From Chloroflexota bacterium (GTDB taxonomy: Bacteria > Chloroflexota > Limnocylindria > Limnocylindrales > CSP1-4): DNA of 64,000 nucleotides. Under the pieces are notes generated by a model. The model did no database searches. It worked only from the letters and a program-made list of their open reading frames with translations, and was not told the DNA's origin. The stretch is from the NCBI GenBank assembly GCA_016781485.1, contig JADDQH010000002.1:4783-68782 (forward strand), given 5' to 3'. Every line of letters starts with the position of its first letter. Within the stretch, counting starts at the first letter, position 1. Below, piece by piece: positions 10,401 to 20,281 of the stretch. Position numbers and translations under genes: made by a program.

Positions 10401-11236
10401 ATGGGGACGTCCGCGATCCGCGACAGCTCCTGGAGGTACGGTCTGAGGAGGCGGGCCCCGAGTGCGCAGTTGAGCCCGACCGTGAGGGGGCGGGCGTGCC
10501 GAACGCTGTTCCAGAACGCGCCGACCGTCTGACCGCTCAGCGTCCGGCCCGAGGCGTCGGTGATCGTGCCGCTGATCATCACGGGGACACGGAAGCCGAG
10601 CTCCTCGAACAACGTCTCGACGGCGAAGATCCCGGCCTTGGCGTTCAACGTGTCGAAGATCGTCTCGATGAGCAGTAGATCCGCGCCACCGGCGACCAGC
10701 CCGCGTGCGGACTCGGCGTACGCTGCGGCAAGTTCGTCGAAGGTCACGTTCCGAGCGCCGGGATCGTTCACGTCGGGCGAGAGCGAGGCGGTTCGATTCG
10801 TCGGCCCCAGCGAACCCGCCACGAACCGCGGCCTCTCGGCGTCTCGCGCCTCGGCCGCGTCGGCGGCTTGGCGCGCCACCCGGGCCGCCTCGCGGTTCAT
10901 CTCCTCCACGTACGGCTCGAGCGCGTAATCACCCATCGCGACGCGCGTCGCGTTGAACGTGTTCGTCGAGATGATGTCCGCGCCTGCGTCCAGGTACGCC
11001 GCGTGGATGCCGCGGATGATCTCCGGCTGCGTGATGCACAGCAGGTCGTTGCAGCCGCGCAAGTCTCTCTCGTGGTCGCGGAACCGTTCACCGCGGAACG
11101 CCGCCTCGTCGAGGGCGTGCGTCTGGATCATCGTGCCCATCGCGCCGTCGAGCACGAGGATCCGCTCGCGCAGCAGCTCCGGCAGTCGCGCGAGGCGACG
11201 CTGCCGACGTTCGGCTGTCGTCAACGGGGTTGCCAC
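7424..11236 (-). CDS. metH: Cobalamin-dependent methionine synthase
   Basis: 1270 aa. It has an Hcy-binding start ([11 protein letters not shown]), a pterin-binding region, the B12-binding DxHxxG motif ([11 protein letters not shown]) and a C-terminal AdoMet activation domain. Confidence 0.95.
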   Translation of the reverse strand: MATPLTTAERRQRRLARLPELLRERILVLDGAMGTMIQTHALDEAAFRGERFRDHERDLRGCNDLLCITQPEIIRGIHAAYLDAGADIISTNTFNATRVAMGDYALEPYVEEMNREAARVARQAADAAEARDAERPRFVAGSLGPTNRTASLSPDVNDPGARNVTFDELAAAYAESARGLVAGGADLLLIETIFDTLNAKAGIFAVETLFEELGFRVPVMISGTITDASGRTLSGQTVGAFWNSVRHARPLTVGLNCALGARLLRPYLQELSRIADVPISAYPNAGLPNAFGGYDEPPAETSGVLGELAAEGALNIVGGCCGTTPDHVRAIARAVAGRQPRKVPSIERRTRLSGLEPLDIGPDTLFVNVGERTNVTGSRRFAKLILDGRFPEAVEVARQQVENGAQMIDVNMDEALLDSEAAMTRFLNLLAAEPDIGRVPLMVDSSKWSVIEAGLKCVQGRPVVNSVSLKEGEAEFLHHARLARRYGAAVVVMAFDEEGQADTVERRLAICRRAHRLLTEQAGFDPEDIIFDPNIFAIGTGIEEHAGYAVAYIEATRRIKAELPGVLVSGGVSNVSFSFRGNDPVREAIHTVFLYHAIAAGMDMGIVNAGALPVYDDIPPDLRERVEDLVLNRRPDATERLLEIAASVQGRGVSASGPDLSWRNAPVEERLKHALVEGIADWIIEDTEEARIASARPIHVIEGPLMAGMDVVGDLFGSGRMFLPQVVKSARVMKQAVAHLIPYIEAEKNADERVDGSGRRSAGRVVMATVKGDVHDIGKNIVGVVLACNGYEVIDLGVMVPWPKILETARQERADVIGLSGLITPSLEEMRTVAMEMEREEFTVPLLIGGATTSRAHTAVRIEPCYSGPVVHVVDASRAVGVAGALLDPAQRDAFLERTRAEYAQVRRQHADRDSRIRRLTIEEARRNRVRIDWEATAPPRPSFLGVRTLEDHPLTELIDRIDWTPFFSTWELSGRYPEILDDPRVGQAARSLFADAQALLERVVDERLLRANGVVGFWPAASTPDDDIEIYEDEARTRVLTRLHTLRQQMAKPQGRPNVALADYTAPIGCGVKDFIGAFAVTAGLGLEQIKDEFLAQKNDYDAILVTSLADRLAEAFAERLHELVRRELWGYAPDEALDNAALIAESYQGIRPAPGYPACPDHTEKRTLFDLLDAERRAGICLTESMAMLPASSVSGVYFWHPQARYFGLGRIGRDQLEDYARRKGWPLQEAARWLAPNLADDEDQGPETASPSTVVQAAAAAEAAVAS

Positions 11237-11433
11237 GTCCGGAGTCTACCCGTGTTCCGATGCCACCCGACGGCGACGCTCCCGACCCGTTCCTCGTCCT
11301 TCGTCCTGCTGCCGCTCACGTCCCTGTTCCGAGACGTGCTCTTCGCGTCCCCTCGCCTCGGGCTCATCAGTCTTCAGGCGTCGGCAGCGACGACCACCGG
11401 CGAGCGACGGCGCGCGGGCGTATCCTCGGCGGC

Positions 11434-11895
11434 GTGTCCGCGCGCTGGGATCTCGGCTTCCGCGCCCTGTATCGACTGCTTCGACTCCTGGATCCGGCCA
11501 TCAGGACGATGAGGGCGGGGTCCGGCCTGGGTAACGTGACGGAGGTCCGCATCAGAGGCCGGCACACGGGTCGGACGCGGTCCACCCTCCTCGGGCTACT
11601 GCACACCGACGGCGGCATCTACGTCGGGCACCCGAACGGCCACGCAGCGTGGACGCGCGACCTGCTCGAGGCAGGCGAAGCAGAGATCGTGGCGCTGGGC
11701 GGCGAACAGATGCTGGTGCGTGCCGAGCTGCTCCCCCCAGGGCCGGAGCGAAAGGCTGCGATCGAGGCGACGGGGCAGCACCCGTTCCCGGGGAACGTCA
11801 TCTACCGGCTCGCGCGGCGACACATCCTCGAGCGGGGCGTCTACTTCCGGCTGGAGCCGGTCCTCGACGGCGCGCCGCAGGAGCGCAGAGGGTAG
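11434..11895 (+). CDS. Possible deazaflavin-dependent nitroreductase-family (DUF385-like) small protein
   Basis: An in-frame GTG lies inside the 221-aa track ORF. The pattern RGRHTGRTRSTLLGLL..DGGIYVGHPNGHAAWTRDL resembles that family. The assignment is by resemblance only. Confidence 0.5.
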   Translation: MSARWDLGFRALYRLLRLLDPAIRTMRAGSGLGNVTEVRIRGRHTGRTRSTLLGLLHTDGGIYVGHPNGHAAWTRDLLEAGEAEIVALGGEQMLVRAELLPPGPERKAAIEATGQHPFPGNVIYRLARRHILERGVYFRLEPVLDGAPQERRG

Positions 11896-11908
11896 CCGGG
11901 ATCCGGGC

Positions 11909-12547
11909 GTGGAAGTCCTGCATCGCGTCGTCGGTCCCGTCGCCACCAACGTCTACGTCCTCGCCGACGAGATGAGCCGTGAAGCGATCGCGATCGACAC
12001 CGCCGTGCCCTGCCTCCAGTGGATCAGGGATTCGTTGCGCGACCGCGGCTGGACGCTCAAGTTGATCGTCAGCACGCATCGACACTGGGACCACATCGGC
12101 GACAACGCCGCGGTGATGAGTGCGACGGGGGCGCGCCTCGCCGCGCACACGCTCGACCGACACGGTATCGAGCAGCCGCAGCCTCTCAACGCCCCCTTTC
12201 CGATCCCGCCCAGCATCCCTGCCGTCGAGCTCGCCGAGGGCGGGGCGGTCCGGTTCGGGTCGATCATGCTCGAGGTCTTGCACACGCCCGGCCACACGGA
12301 AGGCTCGGTCTGCCTTCTCGCGCGCGACGACGGACTGCTGTTCGCGGGAGACACCTTGTTCGCCGGCGGGTGGGGACGGGTCGACCTGCCGGGTGGAAAC
12401 CGCGAGCAGATGGTCGACTCGCTCGCTCGACTCGCCCGCCTCGAGGACGGCCTGCGCGTCCTGCCCGGGCACGGCGCGTCGACCACGATCGGGCGCGAGC
12501 GGCCGTGGCTCGAGCTCGTTTCGCGGGAGCGACGGCTGCTCGTGTAG
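11909..12547 (+). CDS. MBL-fold metallo-hydrolase (hydroxyacylglutathione hydrolase-like)
   Basis: HxHxDH motif (STHRHWDHIGDN), HTPGHTEGS, GDTLFAGGWGR and LPGHG. The start is a GTG 14 nt after the preceding stop. Confidence 0.85.
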   Translation: MEVLHRVVGPVATNVYVLADEMSREAIAIDTAVPCLQWIRDSLRDRGWTLKLIVSTHRHWDHIGDNAAVMSATGARLAAHTLDRHGIEQPQPLNAPFPIPPSIPAVELAEGGAVRFGSIMLEVLHTPGHTEGSVCLLARDDGLLFAGDTLFAGGWGRVDLPGGNREQMVDSLARLARLEDGLRVLPGHGASTTIGRERPWLELVSRERRLLV

Positions 12548-12551
12548 GGGG

Positions 12552-12584
12552 TTGACGGGCGTGGCATACTCCCGGGGAGTATGC
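12552..12584 (+). promoter_or_regulatory. TTGACG -35-like hexamer followed by a perfect 10-1-10 palindrome, GCATACTCCC-G-GGGAGTATGC (candidate metalloregulator operator)
   Basis: Read directly from the sequence. TTGACG is at 12552-12557 and the palindrome is at 12564-12584, overlapping the annotated ATG (12581) of the P-type ATPase. Confidence 0.5.
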
Positions 12585-14764
12585 AGAACGTTCACGCGCC
12601 CCATGACCCACCCCCCCACGACCTCGGCCACGGCCCGCACCGAGCGCGCGGAGCGCTGAGTACGGACCACTCCCCAGCTGCCGCGGCGGAGGAGCATCGC
12701 CGCTCGCCGGAGGGAGGCGCGGACGGCGCTGACCATCGGGGGCACGCGGGTCACGACCGGCATGCCGGGCACGACCCCGAGATGTTCCGCGACCGCTTCT
12801 GGCTCTCGCTGCTCCTGACGATCCCGATCCTGGTGTACAGCGACGAGATCCAGGAGTGGCTCGGCTACGCCCCCCCAGCCTTCGTGGGCAGTGACTGGCT
12901 CTCGGCGGTTCTCGGCGCCATCGTCTTCCTCTACGGCGGCCCCGTGTTCCTGCGAGGCGCCGTGGGCGAACTGCGCGACCGGCAGCCCGGGATGATGATG
13001 CTCATCAGCCTCGCCATCAGCGTCGCGTTCGTGGCGAGCCTCGCAGGGACCTTCGGCCTGATCGAGGTCGAGGTGTGGTGGGAACTCGCCACGCTGATCA
13101 CGATCATGCTGCTGGGTCACTGGCTCGAGATGCGCGCCATCGCGCAGGCGCGCGGCGCCCTCGATGCGCTCGCCGCGCTCCTCCCCGACGAGGCGGAGCG
13201 CATCAGTAACGGGCGCGTCGAGACCGTCCGCGTCGCCGACCTGCGCGTCGGCGACATCGTCCTGGTGCGTCCGGGCGGACGCGTGCCGGCGGACGGGACC
13301 GTCGTCCAGGGACGCGCCGACGTCGACGAGTCGATGCTCACCGGAGAGTCACGCGAGGTCGCCAAAGAGCCCGGAGCGGACGTGGTCGCCGGGAGTGTCA
13401 TCGCCGGTGGCAGCCTGCGCGTCCGGATCGCGGCGGTCGGGGAGGGAACCGCGCTCTCAGGGATCATGCGCCTCGTCGCAGCCGCCCAGGCGTCAGGCTC
13501 GCGGGCGCAGGCGCTCGCCGACCGCGCGGCCGCGATCCTGTTCTACGTGGCACTCGTCGCCGGAGTCGTGACCGCGGTCACGTGGTTCGCACTCGGCGAG
13601 GTCGACGCAGCGCTCGTGCGTGCGACGACCGTGCTCGTCATCGCGTGCCCCCATGCGCTCGGGCTGGCCATCCCGCTCGTCATCTCGATCGGGACCTCGG
13701 TCGGCGCTCGGAGCGGGCTTCTCGTCAAGGATCGGCTGGCTCTGGAGCGCGCGCGCGACGTGGATCTGATCATCTTCGACAAGACCGGGACGCTGACGCG
13801 AGGAAGACATGTCCTCGCGTCGGTCGCCGGCGCTCCGGGTGTCGGCGCCGACGATGTCCTCCGCCTCGCCGCCGCGGTCGAGGCCGACTCGGAACACCCG
13901 CTCGCTCGTGCGATCGCGTCTGCCGCCCTCGACCGGCGCGTGACGCTCGAGCAAGCGGACGGGTTCGAAGCCCTCCCGGGGCGGGGCGCCAGGGCGCGGG
14001 TCGGCGGTCGGATCGTTCATGTCGGCGGCCCCCGCCTTCTCGAGGAACTCGGCGCGACCCTTCCCAGAGAGCTGGCGGAAACGACCGAAGGATGGGCGAC
14101 CGAGGGGCGGACGGTGATGTACGTGATCGACGAGGGGAGGGCGATCGGCGCACTCGGACTGGAGGACGAGGTCAGGCCGGAGTCGGCCGAGGCCGTCGCA
14201 CGGCTGCATTCGATGGGCCTCCGCGTCGCGATGATCACCGGCGATTCGCACGCCGTGGCGGGATCGGTCGCTCGGCGGCTCGCGATCGACGAGGTCGCGG
14301 CGCAGGTGCTTCCGGCCGACAAGGATGCCGCCGTAGCCGCGTTCCAGGCACGCGGTCACCGGGTCGCGATGGTGGGCGACGGCGTGAACGACGCACCAGC
14401 GCTCGCCCGGGCAGACCTTGGGATCGCCATCGGCGCGGGGACGGACGTAGCGGTGGAGTCGGCCGGCATCGTCCTCGTCCGTGACGACCCGCGCGACGTG
14501 GTCGGGGCGATCGAGCTGTCGCGCGCGAGCTACCGCAAGATGCTTCAGAACCTCGCGTGGGCGACCGGTTACAACGTGGTCGCGATCCCGCTCGCCGCCG
14601 GCCTGCTTGCGCCCGTCGGAATGGAGTTGCCGATGAGCGTCGGCGCGTTGTTGATGAGCGGCTCGACCGTCGTCGTTGCCCTCAACGCTCAGCTGCTGCG
14701 GCGGCTCCGGTTAGCGCCGTGGACCAGGGAGCGTGTCGGCAGCGTGGCCCCGTCACCCGCCTAG
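12581..14764 (+). CDS. copB: Heavy-metal (copper) P1B-type ATPase, CPH/CopB-like, with a His-rich N-terminus
   Basis: His-rich N-terminus (HAPHDPPPHDLGHGPH...HRGHAGHDRHAGHD), transmembrane CPH motif (VIACPHALGLAIP), DKTGTLT and GDGVNDAPAL. Confidence 0.9.
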   Translation: MQNVHAPHDPPPHDLGHGPHRARGALSTDHSPAAAAEEHRRSPEGGADGADHRGHAGHDRHAGHDPEMFRDRFWLSLLLTIPILVYSDEIQEWLGYAPPAFVGSDWLSAVLGAIVFLYGGPVFLRGAVGELRDRQPGMMMLISLAISVAFVASLAGTFGLIEVEVWWELATLITIMLLGHWLEMRAIAQARGALDALAALLPDEAERISNGRVETVRVADLRVGDIVLVRPGGRVPADGTVVQGRADVDESMLTGESREVAKEPGADVVAGSVIAGGSLRVRIAAVGEGTALSGIMRLVAAAQASGSRAQALADRAAAILFYVALVAGVVTAVTWFALGEVDAALVRATTVLVIACPHALGLAIPLVISIGTSVGARSGLLVKDRLALERARDVDLIIFDKTGTLTRGRHVLASVAGAPGVGADDVLRLAAAVEADSEHPLARAIASAALDRRVTLEQADGFEALPGRGARARVGGRIVHVGGPRLLEELGATLPRELAETTEGWATEGRTVMYVIDEGRAIGALGLEDEVRPESAEAVARLHSMGLRVAMITGDSHAVAGSVARRLAIDEVAAQVLPADKDAAVAAFQARGHRVAMVGDGVNDAPALARADLGIAIGAGTDVAVESAGIVLVRDDPRDVVGAIELSRASYRKMLQNLAWATGYNVVAIPLAAGLLAPVGMELPMSVGALLMSGSTVVVALNAQLLRRLRLAPWTRERVGSVAPSPA

Positions 14765-15109
14765 ACCGAAGCCATGGCGGCCGGTGCCGCGACCCGGCAG
14801 TCGGGGGACCGCCGGCGGAAGGCCCGGGGTATCGGCGGGACGGGCTCAGGCAAGCATCATGTGCGGCACGACTGCACGACGACGACCAGCAGCGCGGACG
14901 CGGCGATCATCGCTCGGTGGAACCGCGGGCGTTGGAACAGCACGTGCATCCCTGGCTCTCCCATCCGTGACCGGTGACCCCGCGTTGGGTCACCCAGCCG
15001 CGACGCGACGATACATCACGGAGTGGGTATGGATCCGGCGCGGGGACGAGCTGCGCCATGTGGTCCATCGGCGGTTGCGACGGAGAGCGCGGTCGGCGAC
15101 GATGCTCGG

Positions 15110-18100
15110 ATGAGCGAGGAACGGCGCCTCGTCACGGTCGTCTTCGCGGACGTGATCGGCTCGACGAGCCTCGTCGAACGCCTCGATCCCGAGGACGCCC
15201 GCATCCTGCTGCGCCGCTACTTCAGCGTCGCGAAGGAGGTCATCGAGGAGCACGGCGGCCGCGTCGAGAAGTTCATCGGGGACGCTGTCGTCGCGGTGTT
15301 CGGTCTGCCCCGTGCGCACGGCGATGACGCGGCGCGAGGACTCGCCGCGGCGCTCGAGCTCCGCGACCGGCTTCGATCCGACTCGAAGCTCGGCGAGCGG
15401 CTGTCGATCCGGTTCGGCGCGAACACGGGAGAGGTCGTCGCGACCGCGGATGGCTCCGCGGGGGACTTCCTGATCACCGGTGATGCAGTGAATGTCGCCG
15501 CACGTCTCCAGCAGGCCGCCGAGCCGTGGGCGATCCTCGCCGGCGAGCGGACAGCCCGTTCTGCCGGCGACTCGTTCGTGTTCGGTCCATCGCAGATCGT
15601 CGACGTACGCGGCAAGGCAGCCACCACGAAGGCGCTCCCGGTCCTCGGACGGGCGGCGGCCCCCCGTCCGGCGCGGGCGCCCATCGTCGGACGCGCCGCC
15701 GATCTCGCCCAACTCGAGCTCGTTGCGTCACGCGCGTTCGCCGAGCGACGCCCGTACCTGGTGAGCGTCATCGCACCACCGGGGACCGGGAAGACGCGCC
15801 TGCTCGAGGAATTCCTCGAGCGGCTGCCGGCCATCGCGCCGGAGGCCCGCGTCGCGGTCGCACAGTGTCTGCCCTACGGTCAGCGCCTGACCTACTGGCC
15901 GCTGCGTGCCGTGCTGTTCCGTCTGATGTCGATCCCCGACGATGCGCGACCCCAGGAGACGCTCGAGGCGATCCGCTCCCGGCTTCGCTCGGCTGCGGTC
16001 GATTCGCCGGAGACCACCGCGGAGCTGCTGGCCGCGACCGTGGGCGTCAGCGAGGGCGAGGTGAGTGATCGGGCAGCGCTCTTCAATGCGTGGCGCGAGA
16101 CCCTCCAGGCCGCGTCTCGAGACGCTCCGGTCGTCCTCGCGTTCGAGGATCTCCACTGGTCGAGCGACAGCCTGCTCGAGCTCGTCGAGTACGTCGTCCA
16201 ACCCCGTGCCCAGGTGCCCGTCCTGATGCTGGCGCTGAGCAGGCCAGAGCTGCTGGAGCGGAGGCCTGCGTGGGGGGGCGGCCTGAGGAACTCTGTCTCA
16301 CTCGCCCTGGAACCTCTCAGTGACGCGGCGACCGCCGAACTCGTCGGACACCTGCTCGAGGGGTCGGCGCCCGAGCTGGTCCATGAAGTGGTCGCGCGCG
16401 CCGAGGGCAACCCGTTCTACGCGGGCGAGATCGTCCGCGCGGTCCTCGAGCGCGTCCCGTCGTTGGACGATCACGAAGCGGTCGCGGAAGCTCTGGCCAC
16501 GCTGCCCGACACCGTGCAGGCGACGGTCCTCGCGCGGCTCGACCTGCTGCCGCCGCATGAACGGCGCCTTCTCCAGCTCGGCTCGGTCTTCGGACGTGCG
16601 TTCCGCCTCCAGGGGATCGTGGCCGTCGCCCCCGAGCTTGCTGGCGAGGCGCAGTCGCTTATCGACGCGCTCGTCGCGAAGGATCTGGTCCGACCCGGAG
16701 GCTCCGATCGGTTCGCCTTCCGGCACATCCTGATCCGGGACGTCGCGTACCAGACCCTCCCGAGGGCGGAACGCGCGCGGCTCCACGCGTCGGCGGCCGG
16801 TTGGCTGGAGGAACGATCGATCGGGCAGGAAGACGTCCTCGCCGAGCACGTCGCCTATCACTATCGCGAGGCTGCTGCGCTTTCGAGTCGCGTCGACCCG
16901 GACGCGCAGGAAGCGCGCGACGCGCGGCGAAAGGCAAGTGAATGGCTGCTGCGCGCTGCGGACGTCGCGGCCGCGACCGCCGCGTCGGTCGAAGCCGCGG
17001 CGCATCTGCGGAGTGCCATAGAGGTCTCCGACCCCGATGCCCTCCCGGGACTGTACGAGCGACTCGGAGACGTCCAGCTGGACGCGGAGACGAGCGTCGA
17101 GGCGTATCGGCAGGCCCTCGCCCGTTCGCCCGAAGCACGGCGTTCGTCGGCCGACGTCCTTCGGCTCCTCGGGAAGGTCCTCACCAACTACACGCGGTAC
17201 CAGGGATCCATCGCCAACCGTCCCTCCCGGCAGGAGCTCGAGCGTCTGCGAGACGAGGGTCGGTCGCTGCTCGGCAAGGCCGACGATCAGAGTGCGATCG
17301 CCGGGTTCCTCGTGGCACAGGCGTTCCTGCCCTACTGGGACGAGGCGTATACGACGCCCGAGGAGCTCATGCGCGCGCAGGAGAGTGCTCGGCGCGCGCT
17401 GACGATCGCGCAGCGGCTCGACGACGCGAACCTTCAAAGCGGTGCCCTGGACGCGCTCTCCTCGCTCGCCGAGCTGCAGGGGGCGCAGGCGGAGGCGCGC
17501 GAGCACGCGCGGAACAGGCTCCCCCTGCAGGACCGGCTGACGCTGATGGAGAGGATCGACGCCTACTCGATGACCACGTTCCTCTCCGCATCCATCGGCG
17601 ACCTCGAGGAGGCGGAGCAGGTCTCTCGCGCGGGGCTCGCCCATGTCCAACCCGGGCAGGCGCCTTCATGGGCGCTCCATCTCCTCGCGTGGCGTGCGTA
17701 TGCGCTCGTCCTCCTCGGCCGGTGGGACGACGCGATCGCGGCCGGCGAACGCGCCCGGGACGTCTGGCTGGAAGCGCACCGGGGTCCCGGCGGCCACGCG
17801 ATCCGAGGCTTCGTCGCGGCCCTTGATGTCGCCCGCGCCCGGCGTGACCAGAGGCGCGTCGAGGAGTACTCGGCGATCGTCCGCGAGATCCTTGCCGGCC
17901 GGACCGACGAGCTCTCGGCGATCCGGTCATACCTCACCCCCGACCTCGACGCTCTCGAGGCTCACGTGGTTCGAGCATTCACCTTCGAGGGGCTCCCGCC
18001 GGACGTCGCGGCCGCGAGCGCGAGGCCGAAGCTGGCCCGCGCCGAGCACCTCGAGCGGATCGTCTCGCTGCTCGCGGACCACCGTAGGCCGCCTCCACCC

Positions 18101-18400
18101 GAACCGCTCCGCGTGCTCATCGCGCTCGCCGACACCCACGGGCACGTGCTGCTGGCCGCGCAGGCGCGGCGCGCACTCGGCCTGCGGGCGGCTGACCCCT
18201 CAGAGCTTTCGCTCGCGTTGGCGGCCTTCGAGCGAGCGAAGGCGGTCCCGTACGCTGCACGAGCCCGATGCGAGCGCTCGCTCATCGAGGGCGATCGGAG
18301 CGAGCTGCTCGTGGGGCTCGAGGTCCTCGAGCGGCTAGGCGACGTCGACCAGATCGAGCGGATCCATCGTGCGGGCGCACGACGAGACGCGTCAGGCTGA
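15110..18400 (+). CDS. Class III adenylate/guanylate cyclase domain fused to an AAA/STAND ATPase and TPR-like repeats
   Basis: Cyclase core at the N-terminus (VTVVFADVIGST, GDAVVAVFG, GDAVNVAARL), then the P-loop APPGTGKTRLLEE, then a long helical-repeat tail. Start taken at MSEERR. Confidence 0.85.
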   Translation: MSEERRLVTVVFADVIGSTSLVERLDPEDARILLRRYFSVAKEVIEEHGGRVEKFIGDAVVAVFGLPRAHGDDAARGLAAALELRDRLRSDSKLGERLSIRFGANTGEVVATADGSAGDFLITGDAVNVAARLQQAAEPWAILAGERTARSAGDSFVFGPSQIVDVRGKAATTKALPVLGRAAAPRPARAPIVGRAADLAQLELVASRAFAERRPYLVSVIAPPGTGKTRLLEEFLERLPAIAPEARVAVAQCLPYGQRLTYWPLRAVLFRLMSIPDDARPQETLEAIRSRLRSAAVDSPETTAELLAATVGVSEGEVSDRAALFNAWRETLQAASRDAPVVLAFEDLHWSSDSLLELVEYVVQPRAQVPVLMLALSRPELLERRPAWGGGLRNSVSLALEPLSDAATAELVGHLLEGSAPELVHEVVARAEGNPFYAGEIVRAVLERVPSLDDHEAVAEALATLPDTVQATVLARLDLLPPHERRLLQLGSVFGRAFRLQGIVAVAPELAGEAQSLIDALVAKDLVRPGGSDRFAFRHILIRDVAYQTLPRAERARLHASAAGWLEERSIGQEDVLAEHVAYHYREAAALSSRVDPDAQEARDARRKASEWLLRAADVAAATAASVEAAAHLRSAIEVSDPDALPGLYERLGDVQLDAETSVEAYRQALARSPEARRSSADVLRLLGKVLTNYTRYQGSIANRPSRQELERLRDEGRSLLGKADDQSAIAGFLVAQAFLPYWDEAYTTPEELMRAQESARRALTIAQRLDDANLQSGALDALSSLAELQGAQAEAREHARNRLPLQDRLTLMERIDAYSMTTFLSASIGDLEEAEQVSRAGLAHVQPGQAPSWALHLLAWRAYALVLLGRWDDAIAAGERARDVWLEAHRGPGGHAIRGFVAALDVARARRDQRRVEEYSAIVREILAGRTDELSAIRSYLTPDLDALEAHVVRAFTFEGLPPDVAAASARPKLARAEHLERIVSLLADHRRPPPPEPLRVLIALADTHGHVLLAAQARRALGLRAADPSELSLALAAFERAKAVPYAARARCERSLIEGDRSELLVGLEVLERLGDVDQIERIHRAGARRDASG

Positions 18401-18446
18401 GCGGAGGTCGACGCCATCCGAGCGCTGGGAACGACCGCGACCCGAC

Positions 18447-19232
18447 TCAGCGGGCCGGCCGATACCAGGTCGCGAAGCTCGTGAAGCGCTCGTAGCCGAG
18501 GCGACGGTACGTCGACTCGCCCATCGCGCTGGGCTGGAGGACCGACGGGAGCGAGGGATCCGCGAGCATCGCCCGGACCGTGAGCGCTGTCCCGTACCCG
18601 CGCCGTCGGGCGTCGTGGAGGGTCGCCACGTCGTAGACGCCGACGACCCCGGCGTGCACGAAGGCTGTAGCCGTGCTCACGCCGCGGCCGTCCACGCGAC
18701 CGAGGAAGTAGAAGAAGCGCGGATCCGCGAGAGTCGCCGGGGCGTAGATCGAGAGCGGCGGGAGAGGCGGGGCGCCGAAGCCTGCGAGGCTGGTCGTCGC
18801 GAACTCCCGCAACGTGTCGACGTCGGAAACGCGAACGATCTCGAGCTCTGCGGCCGTCGGAGGGATCTCCGCCTCACCTGGGTCGCGCACCATCCACGGG
18901 TGATCGTCGCCGCGCACGAAGTCGAGTGCGGTGGGGTCGAGGACGTGCCATGGGTCGCTCAGGCTGGATGCATCGCCCTCCGCCAGGCACCGTCCGAGCC
19001 GCTCCAGCTGGGCGGTCGCCTCGTCGTCCGCTGGCGCCCGCTTCCCGACCCACCGGAGGTAGAGCGGCGGGATGGGCTCCAACGCTGCCCACGCGTCGTC
19101 CCAGTCCGCGGTCCGGAAGCCGAGCGCCCGGACCGACGCCTCGTGGCGCCCAGCGAGGTTCCGCGCTGCGGCTTCCCTGAGCTGCTCGAGACGTCTGTGC
19201 ACGGGGGTGGCCCCCGCATCGACCTCGCTCAT
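18447..19232 (-). CDS. GNAT family N-acetyltransferase
   Basis: This is the C-terminal 261 aa of the 446-aa track ORF. The acetyl-CoA site is RRRGYGTALT. Its ATG overlaps the TGA of the upstream permease (ATGA at 19229-19232). Confidence 0.7.
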   Translation of the reverse strand: MSEVDAGATPVHRRLEQLREAAARNLAGRHEASVRALGFRTADWDDAWAALEPIPPLYLRWVGKRAPADDEATAQLERLGRCLAEGDASSLSDPWHVLDPTALDFVRGDDHPWMVRDPGEAEIPPTAAELEIVRVSDVDTLREFATTSLAGFGAPPLPPLSIYAPATLADPRFFYFLGRVDGRGVSTATAFVHAGVVGVYDVATLHDARRRGYGTALTVRAMLADPSLPSVLQPSAMGESTYRRLGYERFTSFATWYRPAR

Positions 19233-20029
19233 CCGACGCGCTTCAATTTGCCGGTGCGCTTCGCGTAGCGCTCCGCCCGCCCGAACGCCCAGACGCCCAG
19301 GGGGATGAGCACCAGCGCCATGACCAGCAAAGGCCAGACGTCGTGCCACAGCGAGGTGACTGGCATCCCGTCGATGAGCCCGCGCCGGACTCCGTCCAGG
19401 ATGTAGGTGGCGGGCGAGAACCGGGAGATCAGCTGCATCCATCCGGGCAGGATGTCGATGGAGTAGTAGACGCCGCTGACGAGCAGCAGCAGGGACTGGA
19501 GCACGAACGTCATCTGCGCGCCGCGCTCGACGTAGATGAGGGGCAGGATCGCGGCCATCATCCCGATCCCCACGAACGACAGCGAGCCGATGAGCATGAA
19601 CACGGCTGTCGTGCCGAGGTCTGCCCGCGACAGGTCGATCCCGAAGAACAGCACGAGCACGATGAGGATGAACGTCGTGTACACGAGGCCGTAGACCACG
19701 GCGTAGACGGCCGACCCGAGCAGCTGGGTGTAGCGGCGGACGGGGGCCATCATCGTGTATTCGAGCGTCCCCTCCCAGCGCTCCCACTGGATCGTGTCGG
19801 CGAGGATCTCGAACAGGATCCCGAGGTAGTTCCAGAAGATCGCGCCGATCATCAGCGTCAGGAGCAGGCGCCGATCACCCTGGTCGGCCCCGATGAGCGT
19901 GATCGAGAGCGCGCCGGCCACGCCGTAGGTGAGCCAGGCGAGCTCCCAGCCCCAGTAGCGCTTGGTCAGGTTGAAGTTGCGTTCGACGAAGGCGAAGCTC
20001 GCCTTCAGTTCACGTGCGACGACGGTCAT
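19229..20029 (-). CDS. ABC-2 type exporter permease
   Basis: 266 aa with about 6 hydrophobic spans. The N-terminus (ARELKASFAFVERNFNLTKRYWGWE) is typical of ABC-2 permeases. It follows an ABC ATPase gene. Confidence 0.8.
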   Translation of the reverse strand: MTVVARELKASFAFVERNFNLTKRYWGWELAWLTYGVAGALSITLIGADQGDRRLLLTLMIGAIFWNYLGILFEILADTIQWERWEGTLEYTMMAPVRRYTQLLGSAVYAVVYGLVYTTFILIVLVLFFGIDLSRADLGTTAVFMLIGSLSFVGIGMMAAILPLIYVERGAQMTFVLQSLLLLVSGVYYSIDILPGWMQLISRFSPATYILDGVRRGLIDGMPVTSLWHDVWPLLVMALVLIPLGVWAFGRAERYAKRTGKLKRVG

Positions 20030-20068
20030 GGCGGTGACTCCGGGTGGCAGGGGTGGAGCCTCGGGCCC

Positions 20069-20281
20069 TCAACGGGCCCGAGGCTGGACGTGTGCGGCGT
20101 CCGGCGCGAGCCGGGCGCCGATCCGGATCATCGAGACCCCGACCGACCGCCGGAGGGACCTCCGGTGCGCTGGTCGGCGTGGGGCGCGGGTAAGGCGGAA
20201 CAGGCGCGCTTCCTCGTGGAGCACGCGAGCCCGCTCGTGGTGGCGGATGAGGCGGATATCGGTATCCAGGCGGCGGTACAT
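20069..20281 (-). CDS. Hypothetical Arg-rich 70-aa protein between the ABC ATPase and permease genes
   Basis: The ATG lies 15 nt after the ATPase stop, with an AAGGAAG Shine-Dalgarno-like element. Third-position GC is about 85%. I do not recognise the family. Confidence 0.35.
   Translation of the reverse strand: MYRRLDTDIRLIRHHERARVLHEEARLFRLTRAPRRPAHRRSLRRSVGVSMIRIGARLAPDAAHVQPRAR

Noticed and set aside
11237-11433. A possible B12, SAM or SAH riboswitch in the 197-nt region upstream of metH (minus strand).
   Set aside because: I read the reverse complement looking for the B12 box, SAM-I/SAM-IV cores (GGCAACC and others) and SAH signatures (AGGAGCGCUGC ... AACGGCGCUCA). I found only vague resemblance (CGAGG...CUCGGAACA). 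This is not enough to call, and an Infernal scan would settle it.
14857-14949. A 30-codon minus-strand ORF (MHVLFQRPRFHRAMIAASALLVVVVQSCRT) just downstream of the P-type ATPase, with a GGAGAG element upstream.
   Set aside because: It is too short to support from composition alone, I recognise no family, and it is on the opposite strand to the ATPase. It might be a small membrane peptide, but I cannot substantiate that.
14973-14994. An 8-bp GC-rich hairpin (GGTGACCC-CGCGTT-GGGTCACC) between copB and the cyclase gene.
   Set aside because: It has no U-tract on either strand, so I did not call it an intrinsic terminator. It could be an operator, but there is no supporting context.
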